From: Hormoscilla sp. | GTDB lineage: Bacteria; Cyanobacteriota; Cyanobacteriia; Cyanobacteriales; Desertifilaceae | Direction: 5' to 3' | Length of the DNA stretch: 19,893 bases | Assembly: GCA_051439505.1 (NCBI GenBank) | Contig: JBFRWI010000109.1 | Location: 1-19,893 of the forward strand | Part shown: positions 1 to 8,523 of the stretch, one piece after another | Layout: the number at the start of each line of letters is the position of its first letter | Position numbering within the stretch: the stretch's first letter is position 1 | The notes under the pieces: model-generated | Told to the model about the DNA's origin: nothing | Seen by the model: the letters and a program-made list of their open reading frames with translations, nothing else | The model's database searches: none | Program-made: the position numbers and the translations under genes

Positions 1-23
1 AACGTACCTCGCAACGCTGCGCG

Positions 24-132
24 GTTCGTAGTTCGTAGTTGGGGATCTCCCGAACGCAATCATGCGGGTTTGAGGCATTTTCAACCGGATGAGAAATCAG
101 GGTTTTCCCATCCGTCGAACTCACGTCCCCAA
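24..132 (-). repeat. Dispersed ~110 bp MITE-like repeat, copy A (inverted relative to copy at 14042-14150)
   Basis: Reverse complement (TTTGGGGACGTGAGTTCGAC...GGTTGAAAATGCCTCAAACCCGCATGATTGCGTTC...GAGATCCC) aligns colinearly with 14042-14150. Confidence 0.8.
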
Positions 133-148
133 ACCACCCGAAGATGCG

Positions 149-200
149 GGGATCCCCCCCAAACCCCCCCTTCCAAAAGGGGGGGTTTGGGGGGGATCCC
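149..200. repeat. Perfect 24-bp inverted repeat with 4-nt loop (C/G-run palindrome)
   Basis: GGGATCCCCCCCAAACCCCCCCTT-ccaa-AAGGGGGGGTTTGGGGGGGATCCC read directly. Confidence 0.9.
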
Positions 201-430
201 TTGCAACAAATGCAGACCACACCCATGTGTAGCAGCTAAAAAAGCAGAAATCGAGGCGATCGGGTTGTGGAGACTTCAGGCGGGAGCAGTAAGCACCGGT
301 GGTATGGGTTGAACGAGGTCTGAGGGGAGAGATACCGAACCTGGAAGGAAAAGGGATGTTATTGTGAAGTTATATGAAAAACTGTTTCATAATTCTTCAT
401 GAAGACAGAGACCTCTAGGAGTCCATACTC

Positions 431-2017
431 ATGGCAAACCGGATTCTATACGTTCGTCTCCCCTGTAACCCCATCTTCCCGATCGGGGTTGTTTACCTAG
501 CGGATCACATTCACAAGCTGTTTGGGGAGGTGGAACAGCGGATTTTTGACCTGGGAACTGTGCCGCCGCTAGATTTTGCCAGTGCATTAGACCGGTGCAT
601 TGATGAATTTCAGCCGACGCTGCTAGTCTTCTCCTGGCGGGATATTCAGATCTATGCGCCGGTGGGCGGTAGAGGAGGCAATCCCCTGCAAAATGCTTTT
701 GAGTTTTACTATGCCCGCAATCCTGCGATCAAGTTGCGGGGGGCCTTGGGAGGATTGCGCTTGGCCAGTTCTTACTACGGCGAACTCTGGCGCAACCTGG
801 GATTAATTAAACGGGGACTCAAACGGGCCCGCAAATATCATCGGGACTGTCGCCTGCTGGTGGGAGGCGGTGCTGTGAGCGTGTTTTACGAACAGTTGGG
901 GGCCATGCTGCCAAAAGGCGCGATCGTCTCTGTGGGCGAAGGGGAAGTATTATTAGAGAAGATTCTGCGAGGTGAAGATTTCAGCGACGAACGCTGTTAT
1001 GTGGTGGGCGTTACCCAATCCCGTCAGCGGATGATCCACGAACAACCGGCCCCGATGGAGAAAACTGCCTGCAATTATGACTATATTGCTAGCATCTGGC
1101 CGGAATTTGACTATTATCTACAGGACCAAGATTTCTACTTGGGGGTGCAAACGAAGCGGGGTTGTCCCCATAATTGCTGCTACTGCATCTATACGGTAGT
1201 GGAGGGCAAGCAGGTGCGGATCAACCCAGCGGATGAGGTGGTCTCGGAAATGCGCCAGCTATACTCGCGGGGGATTAGAAACTTCTGGTTTACCGATGCT
1301 CAGTTTATCCCGGCCCGCAAGTTTATACCAGACGCGGTTGAACTGTTGCAGAAAATCCTGGATGCCGGGATGGAGGATATCCATTGGGCAGCATACATCA
1401 GGGCGGATAATTTGACACCCGAGTTGTGCGACCTGATGGTGAAAACGGGGATGAATTACTTTGAAATCGGCATTACTAGCGGTTCCCAGGAACTGGTGCG
1501 GAAAATGCGCATGGGTTATAACCTGCGGGTGGTGCTGGAAAACTGCCGGGATTTGAAAGCCGCTGGCTTTAATGACTTGGTTTCGGTCAACTATTCATTT
1601 AACGTGATTGATGAAACCTATGAGACCATTCGCCAGACGATCGCCTATCATCGGGAGTTAGAGCGGATCTTTGGCGCGGATAAGGTGGAACCCGCCATCT
1701 TCTTCATCGGCCTGCAACCCCACACCCATTTAGAACAGTACGCTTTCAAAAGTAATATCCTGAAACCGGGTTATAATCCAATGAGTATGATGCCCTGGAC
1801 AGCCCGGAAATTACTCTGGAATCCCGAACCATTGGGTTCCTTCTTCGGAGAGGTTTGTCTGGAAGCGTGGCGGCGCAACTCTAATGATTTTGGGCGGGAA
1901 GTGATGCAGATACTGGAGGAAAGATTGGGTTGTGCTCCCTTAGCAGAAGCTCTCAGAAGTGCAGTTAAAGTTCAGGAGACTCAGCAAAAGGAATTGGTTG
2001 CTGTATCATCAAAGTAA
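431..2017 (+). CDS. B12-binding-domain-type radical SAM protein (cyanobacterial 'photosystem II high-light acclimation radical SAM' family)
   Basis: 528 aa; CxxxCxxC motif (RGCPHNCCYC); N-terminal RLPCNPIFPIGVVYLADH typical of this family; AGGAG upstream of ATG. Confidence 0.85.
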   Translation: MANRILYVRLPCNPIFPIGVVYLADHIHKLFGEVEQRIFDLGTVPPLDFASALDRCIDEFQPTLLVFSWRDIQIYAPVGGRGGNPLQNAFEFYYARNPAIKLRGALGGLRLASSYYGELWRNLGLIKRGLKRARKYHRDCRLLVGGGAVSVFYEQLGAMLPKGAIVSVGEGEVLLEKILRGEDFSDERCYVVGVTQSRQRMIHEQPAPMEKTACNYDYIASIWPEFDYYLQDQDFYLGVQTKRGCPHNCCYCIYTVVEGKQVRINPADEVVSEMRQLYSRGIRNFWFTDAQFIPARKFIPDAVELLQKILDAGMEDIHWAAYIRADNLTPELCDLMVKTGMNYFEIGITSGSQELVRKMRMGYNLRVVLENCRDLKAAGFNDLVSVNYSFNVIDETYETIRQTIAYHRELERIFGADKVEPAIFFIGLQPHTHLEQYAFKSNILKPGYNPMSMMPWTARKLLWNPEPLGSFFGEVCLEAWRRNSNDFGREVMQILEERLGCAPLAEALRSAVKVQETQQKELVAVSSK

Positions 2018-2028
2018 GGTTGTCCTAA

Positions 2029-2053
2029 CTGCGACGGGCAGATCCCGTCGCAG
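2029..2053 (+). terminator. GC-rich hairpin after radical SAM gene
   Basis: CTGCGACGGG-cagat-CCCGTCGCAG, 10-bp perfect stem 11 nt after the stop; no U-tract. Confidence 0.5.
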
Positions 2054-2288
2054 GAGTGGGGCTAAACTCACCAGGATTGTTGCTGTAAGTATTAAAAAAG
2101 TCTAAAATGGTCTTGACATACGAAACTTTTTGACTAATGTACTCCTGGTGCTATAAAATGAGATCGAAACCGAACAGGGTAAGCGCAAGAATAAACAAGG
2201 GGCATATTCTCAAAGAGCCGGAGTTTTAAATGCGATCGCCCGGAAAATAAGAACAGAGTTAATGAATTAAGATTGAAGGAATATAAAG

Positions 2289-2846
2289 ATGTTGAGTGAA
2301 CTTTTGAGGAAAAAACACACGAAAAACTTTCAGGTGTACGATGTGAATAAAAATGGTTGCGTGGAGCAAGCAGATCTAGAGCTATGCGCTCAGAAGATTG
2401 CGGCGATGCGGGGCATACAACCGGGAGCGTCAGAATTTGAAGACATTCGGGGAAAATATGTAGCAATATGGAGTAATTTTTGGCAGGCAGCAGATGTAAA
2501 TGGGGACGGCAAAGTCGAATTAGAGGAGTATTTGAGTGTGGCAGAAAAATCGATTGCAAGTTTTGCAAGTTCAGTAAAACTTCAAGAAGCTCATGTTGCC
2601 AAAGCGAACACAATATTCGGCTGCTTGGATGCTGATGGGAACGGAGAAATTAGTTTGGCTGAATACAAGCAATTTTGCACGGCAGTTGGTATCGGCGAAC
2701 AGCTTGCTGAAGAGGCTTTCGCGCGGTTAGATGAAAATGGAGACGGTGTTCTATCCCGTGAAGAATATATGGAGCGAAGCAAGGAATTTCATACGAGTGA
2801 CGATCCTAATGCTCCTGGTAACTGGCTTTACGGGTCATATGAATAG
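2289..2846 (+). CDS. Four-EF-hand calcium-binding protein (calerythrin/sarcoplasmic calcium-binding protein-like)
   Basis: Loops DVNKNGCVEQAD, DVNGDGKVELEE, DADGNGEISLAE and DENGDGVLSREE; C-terminal DDPNAPGNWLYG motif; AAGGA upstream. Confidence 0.9.
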   Translation: MLSELLRKKHTKNFQVYDVNKNGCVEQADLELCAQKIAAMRGIQPGASEFEDIRGKYVAIWSNFWQAADVNGDGKVELEEYLSVAEKSIASFASSVKLQEAHVAKANTIFGCLDADGNGEISLAEYKQFCTAVGIGEQLAEEAFARLDENGDGVLSREEYMERSKEFHTSDDPNAPGNWLYGSYE

Positions 2847-2938
2847 CCATCTATCCCCACCCTAAAGGGTAGGAATACAGATGCAAAGCCCGCGCGGGCT
2901 GTGACCAGATATATTAGCAAACGTTTGAACAGTGGTAA

Positions 2939-2955
2939 GGTGGGCAGTGCCCACC
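2939..2955. repeat. REP-like palindrome GGTGGGCA(G/C)TGCCCACC, copy 1
   Basis: Same palindrome recurs at 5519-5535 and 8497-8513; all three are intergenic. Confidence 0.85.
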
Positions 2956-2980
2956 CTAGAGATGCTCTCAAAGTAAAACC

Positions 2981-4357
2981 ATGTTAAAAGATTCCATTTT
3001 AGAAAAGCTAGATCGGGCGCATCGGGGCAGTAAAAGACCATTAAACTTTGGGGTGTACTATAAAAATACCCTGGTGGCTCTGTGTCATGCTCTGGAAGAT
3101 TTTATTCTGGAGTCTGGGGGAAACCCGGTGACGATCGCGGCCTTTCAACAGGGGAAATGGTACATCCAAGAGGCCGATCGCTACGGAGAGATTGCCCGGG
3201 TTGCTTCTGATATTGTCATAATGGCAGCAGCTGGGACTGGGTTTAGCGAAAATCCTACCAGTCAGTTGGCAAATGTGACCTTGGTGGGCTTAGAACCAGA
3301 GGATCCGGTGGCGCAAGAGTGGCATTTGATGATTCTGTCGCCCCAATACACGGCAATGGTACTTTGTCAAGAGTTGTCGGCTGCTGATTATGGGGCAACA
3401 GGACAACCAAGTGAAGATAAAGAAAGGAAATTCTATGGTTTCTGGACTTTTGAACCAGATTTAGTCCGGGAAACGGTGGAACTGACGATCGCCCATATTG
3501 GGAGTTACAATAAAGAATTGGAACAGAAGTTAACGGCCCAATTACAGGGGATGACTAGCGGCCAGATGTCAGGGCATGATGTGGGGAAAGTGGTGTCCCG
3601 GGTAGTAAATTATCTGCAAGCGAGTCAGCAGGATTTACCGGATGCTAGCGATCGCCAAGTGCTAGATGATAATTTGGTTTCTAATGAAATGCAAGCATTC
3701 TTGCGGATGGCACAGTTGATCGATCGGGCGGATGCGAGAAATCCCCTGGCAGCAGCGGAGGTAGCGACGCTATCAGAAGCAATGGGGCAGATATTAGATC
3801 TGCCAGCATGGCAAGTGAAGCGTCTGCGTCTGGCGGGGTTACTGCATCGTCTGCCATCATTACAAGGTGTGGAGGAGACAATCTCTACAAGTAAATCAGT
3901 TGCCCAGCTTCAGGCGATGCAGCAGGGTGATAAAATGCCGAAAGCATCAATTTTGCGGATCATGCCCCAGTTACAGGCGATCGCCCAGATCGTGGCCCAT
4001 CAAACAGAATGCTGGGATGGATCCGGGCAACCAGATAGTTTAGCCTATGATGAGATTCCCTTAGAATCAAGAATATTGAGTCTGGTGGCAGAGTTTCAGC
4101 AGCAAGTGACAATATATAAAGGAGAAGAGTCCACCACAAATCCTTTGACTCGGGCATTAGCAGATTGTCAGGCCCAAGCGGGAGCCAAATTTGACCCCAA
4201 ACTGGTAGAAAGCTTAGAGTTGCTAGTCAGAGGATTGCAGCAGGGGTTAAGTTTGCATGCAACTCAACCGAAGATTGCAGCAGGGATGTGGTTACTAGAT
4301 GGCCAGTCCGAACCCGAAGCAAAACTTCCCCAACAGGCCAAGCTATTAGCAACATAA
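2981..4357 (+). CDS. DICT sensory domain plus degenerate HD-GYP-like phosphohydrolase domain protein
   Basis: N-terminal YYKNTLVALCHALED...FQQGKWY...EWHL (DICT); C-terminal AGLLHR...ECWDGSGQPD...IPLESRIL...KFDPKLV (HD-GYP scaffold). Confidence 0.85.
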   Translation: MLKDSILEKLDRAHRGSKRPLNFGVYYKNTLVALCHALEDFILESGGNPVTIAAFQQGKWYIQEADRYGEIARVASDIVIMAAAGTGFSENPTSQLANVTLVGLEPEDPVAQEWHLMILSPQYTAMVLCQELSAADYGATGQPSEDKERKFYGFWTFEPDLVRETVELTIAHIGSYNKELEQKLTAQLQGMTSGQMSGHDVGKVVSRVVNYLQASQQDLPDASDRQVLDDNLVSNEMQAFLRMAQLIDRADARNPLAAAEVATLSEAMGQILDLPAWQVKRLRLAGLLHRLPSLQGVEETISTSKSVAQLQAMQQGDKMPKASILRIMPQLQAIAQIVAHQTECWDGSGQPDSLAYDEIPLESRILSLVAEFQQQVTIYKGEESTTNPLTRALADCQAQAGAKFDPKLVESLELLVRGLQQGLSLHATQPKIAAGMWLLDGQSEPEAKLPQQAKLLAT

Positions 4358-4373
4358 TCAGATTGGCCTCATG

Positions 4374-4495
4374 GCCCGCCGTGGGTTAAAACCCTAAGGC
4401 TTTTAGCTCAAGTGGGTTAAAACCCACTGAAAGCATTGTCAGATGCGTTTAGCCCACGCCTTGTGTACTTTTGCTCTTAGCCTCTGTTTTAACCG
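4374..4495. repeat. Degenerate REP-like palindromic element
   Basis: GTGGGTTAAAACCC occurs at 4381 and 4412; near-palindrome AGTGGGTTAAAACCCACT at 4411-4428; right half is decayed. Confidence 0.55.
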
Positions 4496-4559
4496 TCCCT
4501 CATCTGACAGGAGATAAATCCGGTTTCTACAGAAATAGCCTACAAAAAAGGAGACATTT

Positions 4560-5456
4560 ATGCGCCGCAAACGTTCTTCTCCCTGGATTCATCGTCAGTC
4601 GCGTTTTATAATTGCGATCGTCGCCACTTTAGGTGCGGTGACAACGGCCTATCTGACTGCGGTTACTTTTGCAGGAGAATCTGCTGCCTGTCCCACGGAG
4701 GGTTGTGATAAAGTCCTGTCTAGTCCCTATGCCATTGTTTTTGGCTTACCTCTGGCATTGTTCGGTTTGTTAGCCTATGCTAGTATGGCGGGGATGGCAG
4801 TGTCGCCCTGGTTGCTCAATCCTGATTCCCAAAAGGAATTGCGTTCACAGCTAGAAAACTGGACGTGGTTGTTAATGTTCGCAGGCGGGACATCAATGGC
4901 CCTATTCAGCGGCTATCTGATGTACGTGATGGCATTTGAGATCAAGTCCCTTTGTCTGTACTGTATTTTTTCCGCTGTTTGCTCTGTGAGTTTAGCTATA
5001 CTGGCATTCATCGGTCGTGATTGGAAAGATATCGGGCAAGTGTTTTTCATCGGCGTGATCGTGGGAATGATTACTCTGGTGGGAACTTTAGCAGTTTATG
5101 CTCCCATTAATAATCCCCGGGCCGAACAAGGGGGAGGCTATGCGATTACGACTACTTCAACTCCGGCCAAAATTGCCCTAGCGAAGCATCTCAAAGCAGC
5201 GGGATTTAAAATGTATGGAGCATTTTGGTGCAGTCACTGTCAAGATCAAAAGACATTATTTGGAAAAGAAGCTGCTGCTGAATTAAACTACATTGAGTGT
5301 GACCCGAACGGGAAAAATCCGCAGATGGCTTTATGCAGAACGGCGGGGGTCCCAAGCTATCCGACTTGGGAAGTGAAGGGTCAGTTGTACCCAGGGGTGC
5401 AAGGGTTGGAACAGCTAGCAGAGTTATCGGGGTATACAGGCGATCGCAACTTTTAG
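4560..5456 (+). CDS. Vitamin K epoxide reductase (VKOR)-thioredoxin-like fusion, disulfide bond formation protein
   Basis: Loop cysteines CPTEGC, VLSSPYA motif, membrane CLYC motif, five hydrophobic helices, C-terminal MYGAFWCSHC thioredoxin-like domain. Confidence 0.92.
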   Translation: MRRKRSSPWIHRQSRFIIAIVATLGAVTTAYLTAVTFAGESAACPTEGCDKVLSSPYAIVFGLPLALFGLLAYASMAGMAVSPWLLNPDSQKELRSQLENWTWLLMFAGGTSMALFSGYLMYVMAFEIKSLCLYCIFSAVCSVSLAILAFIGRDWKDIGQVFFIGVIVGMITLVGTLAVYAPINNPRAEQGGGYAITTTSTPAKIALAKHLKAAGFKMYGAFWCSHCQDQKTLFGKEAAAELNYIECDPNGKNPQMALCRTAGVPSYPTWEVKGQLYPGVQGLEQLAELSGYTGDRNF

Positions 5457-5514
5457 CGCGGATCGATAAAGAATTAGGGACGTTGCACATTTTGGGGATG
5501 ATAGTTGTCAGTTT

Positions 5515-5535
5515 GTAGGGTGGGCACTGCCCACC
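5515..5535. repeat. REP-like palindrome, copy 2 (GTAG-headed)
   Basis: GTAGGGTGGGCACTGCCCACC. Confidence 0.85.
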
Positions 5536-5627
5536 AATTCAGTGGTCAGTGGTCAGTTGTCATTACCAAGAAGATAAGTTATGGTTGAGAAAAAACCAGC
5601 AGAATAGACAAACTAAGGAATACGGCC

Positions 5628-5915
5628 ATGTCAGAACAAATTACGCCAGCAATTAGCGATCGCATCTGCAAGCACATGAACGAAGACCACGCCTCGGCGA
5701 TCGCGCTTTACGCCCAAACCTTTGGCAATAGTCCCGAAACGACATCAGCGTACATGAACTCCATAGACCCCGAAGGAATGAATATTACAGCCCAAATCAA
5801 CGGTTCGGAGGTTCCTGTACGGATAAAATTCGACCATACTCTGGCCGATGCTGAAGACGCCCATCATACCCTAATCGCCATGGTTAAACAAGCACGACAG
5901 GCTACCCAAAAATAA
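5628..5915 (+). CDS. DUF2470 domain protein (HugZ/GluBP-related heme-associated domain)
   Basis: 95 aa; RICKHMNEDH and ID.EGM...VRIKFDH.L....DAHHTLIAM motifs; AAGGA upstream. Confidence 0.9.
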   Translation: MSEQITPAISDRICKHMNEDHASAIALYAQTFGNSPETTSAYMNSIDPEGMNITAQINGSEVPVRIKFDHTLADAEDAHHTLIAMVKQARQATQK

Positions 5916-5919
5916 GAGT

Positions 5920-5998
5920 CGTTCGTAGTAAGCACTTTAGTGCTTCGTTCGTAGTAAGCACTAAAGTGCTTCCGTTCGGAGTAAGCACTTTAGTGCTT
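5920..5998. repeat. Three tandem 26-bp palindrome-containing repeats
   Basis: CGTTCGTAGTAAGCACTTTAGTGCTT (5920-5945), variant with CTAAAG centre (5946-5971), third copy at 5973-5998; no spacers. Confidence 0.9.
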
Positions 5999-6003
5999 CT
6001 CAA

Positions 6004-7188
6004 TTAATCTCTCAAACAAGACATGCTCTCATGGAAATTTTCAGGTCTGCCTCCTATCAAGTTCATTGCCCAAATCTCGTCTAAACTATAGTCTATCAGC
6101 CATTTATCTAAATCTAGAGAGTCAGCCCAAGTCATAGTTGTCAGCCCAGAGACAGCATCACAAACTAGGATTTCTCTCGGATCGAGAAATCTAATTAACC
6201 TATCTGAATGGGTTGCTACAATCAACTGAGTGCGCTGAGCAGCTTCTCGCATGACATCCACTAGCAGTCGCAACAACTCTGGATGCAAGCAAACTTCTGG
6301 CTCGTCAATCATAGTAACAGCAGATAACTCCTGACTTTGTAAGAGAGTCACTAGCCAGAGAAACCGCAATGTTCCTTCCGATAGCTGCTCCATGTAAAAG
6401 GGTTCGGAAAAGTTTTTATCCTTCCAAGTCAATGCTAAGGTTCCTGCTGCTACTGGCGGAAACCCCAATCGCTCAAAATCTGTAAATGCCGCAGCTAAAG
6501 TATCTTGCACTACCTCAAAGCGATCGGGATTTGTTTCTCGAAGATAGTAAAGACAAGAAACCAAAGTCTCTCCATTTGCTCCTGGTAATTTAGCTGGACG
6601 CATCTGTTGGGGAAGACGCGCGGGGCTTCTAGGGGAAACATTTAAGTTTCCAGCAGTATAAAAAGCACAGTTAGCCAATCTAGTTCTGATATTTTCTGGC
6701 TGCTGATACATCTTGGGAACCTGAGATAGGGACGTTTCTAAAGGATTATGTTCCCAGTTAGGGCGCAATAGCTGCCCATCTTCGGTACTATAATACTTGA
6801 TATCCAAGCCACGAGAGTCGATGTACTGGATGGAGACTGCATCAGCACCCTGTTGGGTCAAAATTTCTCTAGCAATTTCATAGAACTGACCTTTGAGAAC
6901 GAGTTTAAGGTAGTAATGCAGCGGTTGCCCATCCGGTACGGGCACGGACAAGGAAATTCCTATAGCATCAGTCTTGTCTCGCGTCACTATTTGACTGAGA
7001 CCGCTCAATTCGGAAATTTGGGACTGCAACTGACCTTTTGCTGAAGCTGCTAGCAGAGAAAAGATTTCCAAGAAAGAAGTTTTCCCCACACCATTAGCAC
7101 CAATCATCACAGTCAGGGGTCGTAGCTCCAGATTCAGGTCAAACAAGCGCCGGTAGCCCTCAAGGGTAATTTGTGTAAATGCGTTCAT
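6004..7188 (-). CDS. Soluble ABC-type/AAA_21 family ATPase (COG4637-like)
   Basis: Walker A GANGVGKT, signature LSEGT, Walker B MIDEPE, H-loop ATHS; no transmembrane segments. Confidence 0.88.
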   Translation of the reverse strand: MNAFTQITLEGYRRLFDLNLELRPLTVMIGANGVGKTSFLEIFSLLAASAKGQLQSQISELSGLSQIVTRDKTDAIGISLSVPVPDGQPLHYYLKLVLKGQFYEIAREILTQQGADAVSIQYIDSRGLDIKYYSTEDGQLLRPNWEHNPLETSLSQVPKMYQQPENIRTRLANCAFYTAGNLNVSPRSPARLPQQMRPAKLPGANGETLVSCLYYLRETNPDRFEVVQDTLAAAFTDFERLGFPPVAAGTLALTWKDKNFSEPFYMEQLSEGTLRFLWLVTLLQSQELSAVTMIDEPEVCLHPELLRLLVDVMREAAQRTQLIVATHSDRLIRFLDPREILVCDAVSGLTTMTWADSLDLDKWLIDYSLDEIWAMNLIGGRPENFHESMSCLRD

Positions 7189-7252
7189 AACTGAAAATTC
7201 AGATGCTATGCTCCGAACGGTCAGGAACTGCGCTTTTTTGACTAGGCAAAAT

Positions 7253-7412
7253 TGTCATTGCGAGGGGGGGATAATTGAGAGAGCCTTGTGTTTTAGGAGT
7301 AACCCCCCCCCCGAAGCAATCTCCTGAGGTCTTGCTGGGTAGGAGATTGCTTCGGGGGGGATGGCGGTTGTGAATATCAGCAATCTCACAAAAACCCCCC
7401 CTCGCAATGACA
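7253..7412. repeat. 160-bp palindromic element with TGTCATTGCGAG/CTCGCAATGACA ends
   Basis: Outer inverted repeat TGTCATTGCGAGGGGGGG...CCCCCCCTCGCAATGACA; inner inverted repeat CCCCCCCGAAGCAATCTC...GAGATTGCTTCGGGGGGG. Confidence 0.9.
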
Positions 7413-7458
7413 TATTCAATAGCTGCAAAAAGCGCAAGTCGATCCCATTCCAAGTGTA

Positions 7459-7467
7459 TGCTATAAT
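7459..7467 (+). promoter_or_regulatory. Extended -10 element (TGnTATAAT)
   Basis: TGCTATAAT ends 7 nt before the ATG at 7475, which suggests a leaderless or very short-leader transcript. Confidence 0.5.
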
Positions 7468-7474
7468 TTTACCT

Positions 7475-7840
7475 ATGATTGACATTAACATTCTCTGGGA
7501 ATTCTCCAGGAACAACTGCATCGCCATTTGTGCCTTTCTGGTGCCAGCTAACCTGCTGGCAACCTTGCTGACTATGATTCTGGTGGCAGTCGATCGCCCT
7601 CGGATGCAAGTCTGGGGGGCAGCAGGCTTGGCTTCACTACCGGCGATCGCCATGTTTCTGCACGTGCTGAGTTGGTTCATCATTGGGGTAGTCATGGCAC
7701 CTACCTACATCCTGTTCTTTCTAGGATGCGTTTGTCTGCTGATTAATTTCTGGGCAGTTTCCGCACCCAAAACCATGTCTTACCTCTTGCGAGTTCCCTA
7801 TTACAAGCTCCGCTCTCTCGAAGGGCAGATTTCAGGATAA
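7475..7840 (+). CDS. Small hypothetical membrane protein
   Basis: Start moved from 7361 (inside the palindromic repeat) to ATG 7475 (MIDINILWEFSRNNCIAICAFLVPANL...); about three hydrophobic segments; ends 6 nt before the MerR gene. Confidence 0.75.
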   Translation: MIDINILWEFSRNNCIAICAFLVPANLLATLLTMILVAVDRPRMQVWGAAGLASLPAIAMFLHVLSWFIIGVVMAPTYILFFLGCVCLLINFWAVSAPKTMSYLLRVPYYKLRSLEGQISG

Positions 7841-7846
7841 ACTGTC

Positions 7847-8260
7847 ATGTTAAGCACCGAGCAGCAGCTACTGTTAATAGGTCAGGTAGCAAGCAAAAGC
7901 GGTATCCCCATTAAAACCATTCGCTATTACGAACAACTCGGTCTGATTAAAGCTTCAGACCGGACTTCAGGAGGGTTTCGGCTATTTGACCCCTCGGTAT
8001 TCACTCGTCTGGCTTTCATCAAGCGCAGCCAAGGTCTGGGACTCAGCTTACAAGAAATTGCTCAATGTCTGCAAGTATACGATCGCGGGGAGCTTCCCTG
8101 CGACGCTATCAAGCACAAGTTGCAAGCAAAACTGGTAGAAATAGAAGGAAAAATAGAACATTTGCAAGGTCTAAAAGCTGATATCTGCCAACTCCTGACT
8201 GCTTGGAAGCCAGTCTCAGAACAACAGGACAAAATTTGCCCAATTATTCAAAAAGATTGA
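7847..8260 (+). CDS. MerR-family heavy-metal-responsive transcriptional regulator
   Basis: IGQVA...IKTIRYYEQLGLI...RTSGGFRLF HTH, FIKRSQGLGLSLQEI, and Cys residues in LPCD and ICPI. Confidence 0.93.
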   Translation: MLSTEQQLLLIGQVASKSGIPIKTIRYYEQLGLIKASDRTSGGFRLFDPSVFTRLAFIKRSQGLGLSLQEIAQCLQVYDRGELPCDAIKHKLQAKLVEIEGKIEHLQGLKADICQLLTAWKPVSEQQDKICPIIQKD

Positions 8261-8316
8261 CTAATGGATAATGGATAATGGCTAATGGCTAATGGCTAAT
8301 GGCTAATGGCTAATAG
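8261..8316. repeat. Short tandemly repeated heptamer (STRR-type), 8 units of (C/A)TAATGG
   Basis: Read directly after the MerR stop codon; last unit is CTAATAG. Confidence 0.9.
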
Positions 8317-8442
8317 CGAGCATATTGCCATTAATTAACATTTATTCACCCTCGTCGGTCACTGGTGTATGGTGCAATGTCACAACTCATCGGTGTTCTT
8401 GTGCAACGCCAAGATTGACTGACTACAGGATTTAATGACTTA

Positions 8443-8484
8443 AGGGAAAAAGAACGATCGCCATCAGATCGATCTTTTTTCCCT
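8443..8484. terminator. Hairpin between convergent MerR and lipA genes
   Basis: AGGGAAAAAGAACGATC...GATCGATCTTTTTTCCCT imperfect inverted repeat. Confidence 0.5.
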
Positions 8485-8496
8485 AACAACTGACAT

Positions 8497-8517
8497 GGTG
8501 GGCACTGCCCACCCTAC
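8497..8517. repeat. REP-like palindrome, copy 3 (opposite orientation)
   Basis: GGTGGGCACTGCCCACCCTAC. Confidence 0.85.
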
Positions 8518-8523
8518 CAACTG

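Noticed and set aside
70..312. 80-aa ORF at the window start
   Set aside because: It runs through two repeat elements and shows no protein-like features.
431..2017. Radical SAM enzyme as a maturase for the repeat peptide
   Set aside because: It is 14 kb away, belongs to a conserved cyanobacterial family, and shows no SPASM or RRE features.
5920..5998. Possible mini CRISPR array
   Set aside because: The repeats abut with no spacers and there are no cas genes; it fits a REP tandem.
7199..7695. Minus-strand ORFs and the 7361 start of the membrane protein
   Set aside because: They overlap the 160-bp palindromic element or are antisense to the real gene.
8340..8430. Possible sRNA or riboswitch between MerR and lipA
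   Set aside because: Only weak pairing and no family motif that I can recognise.
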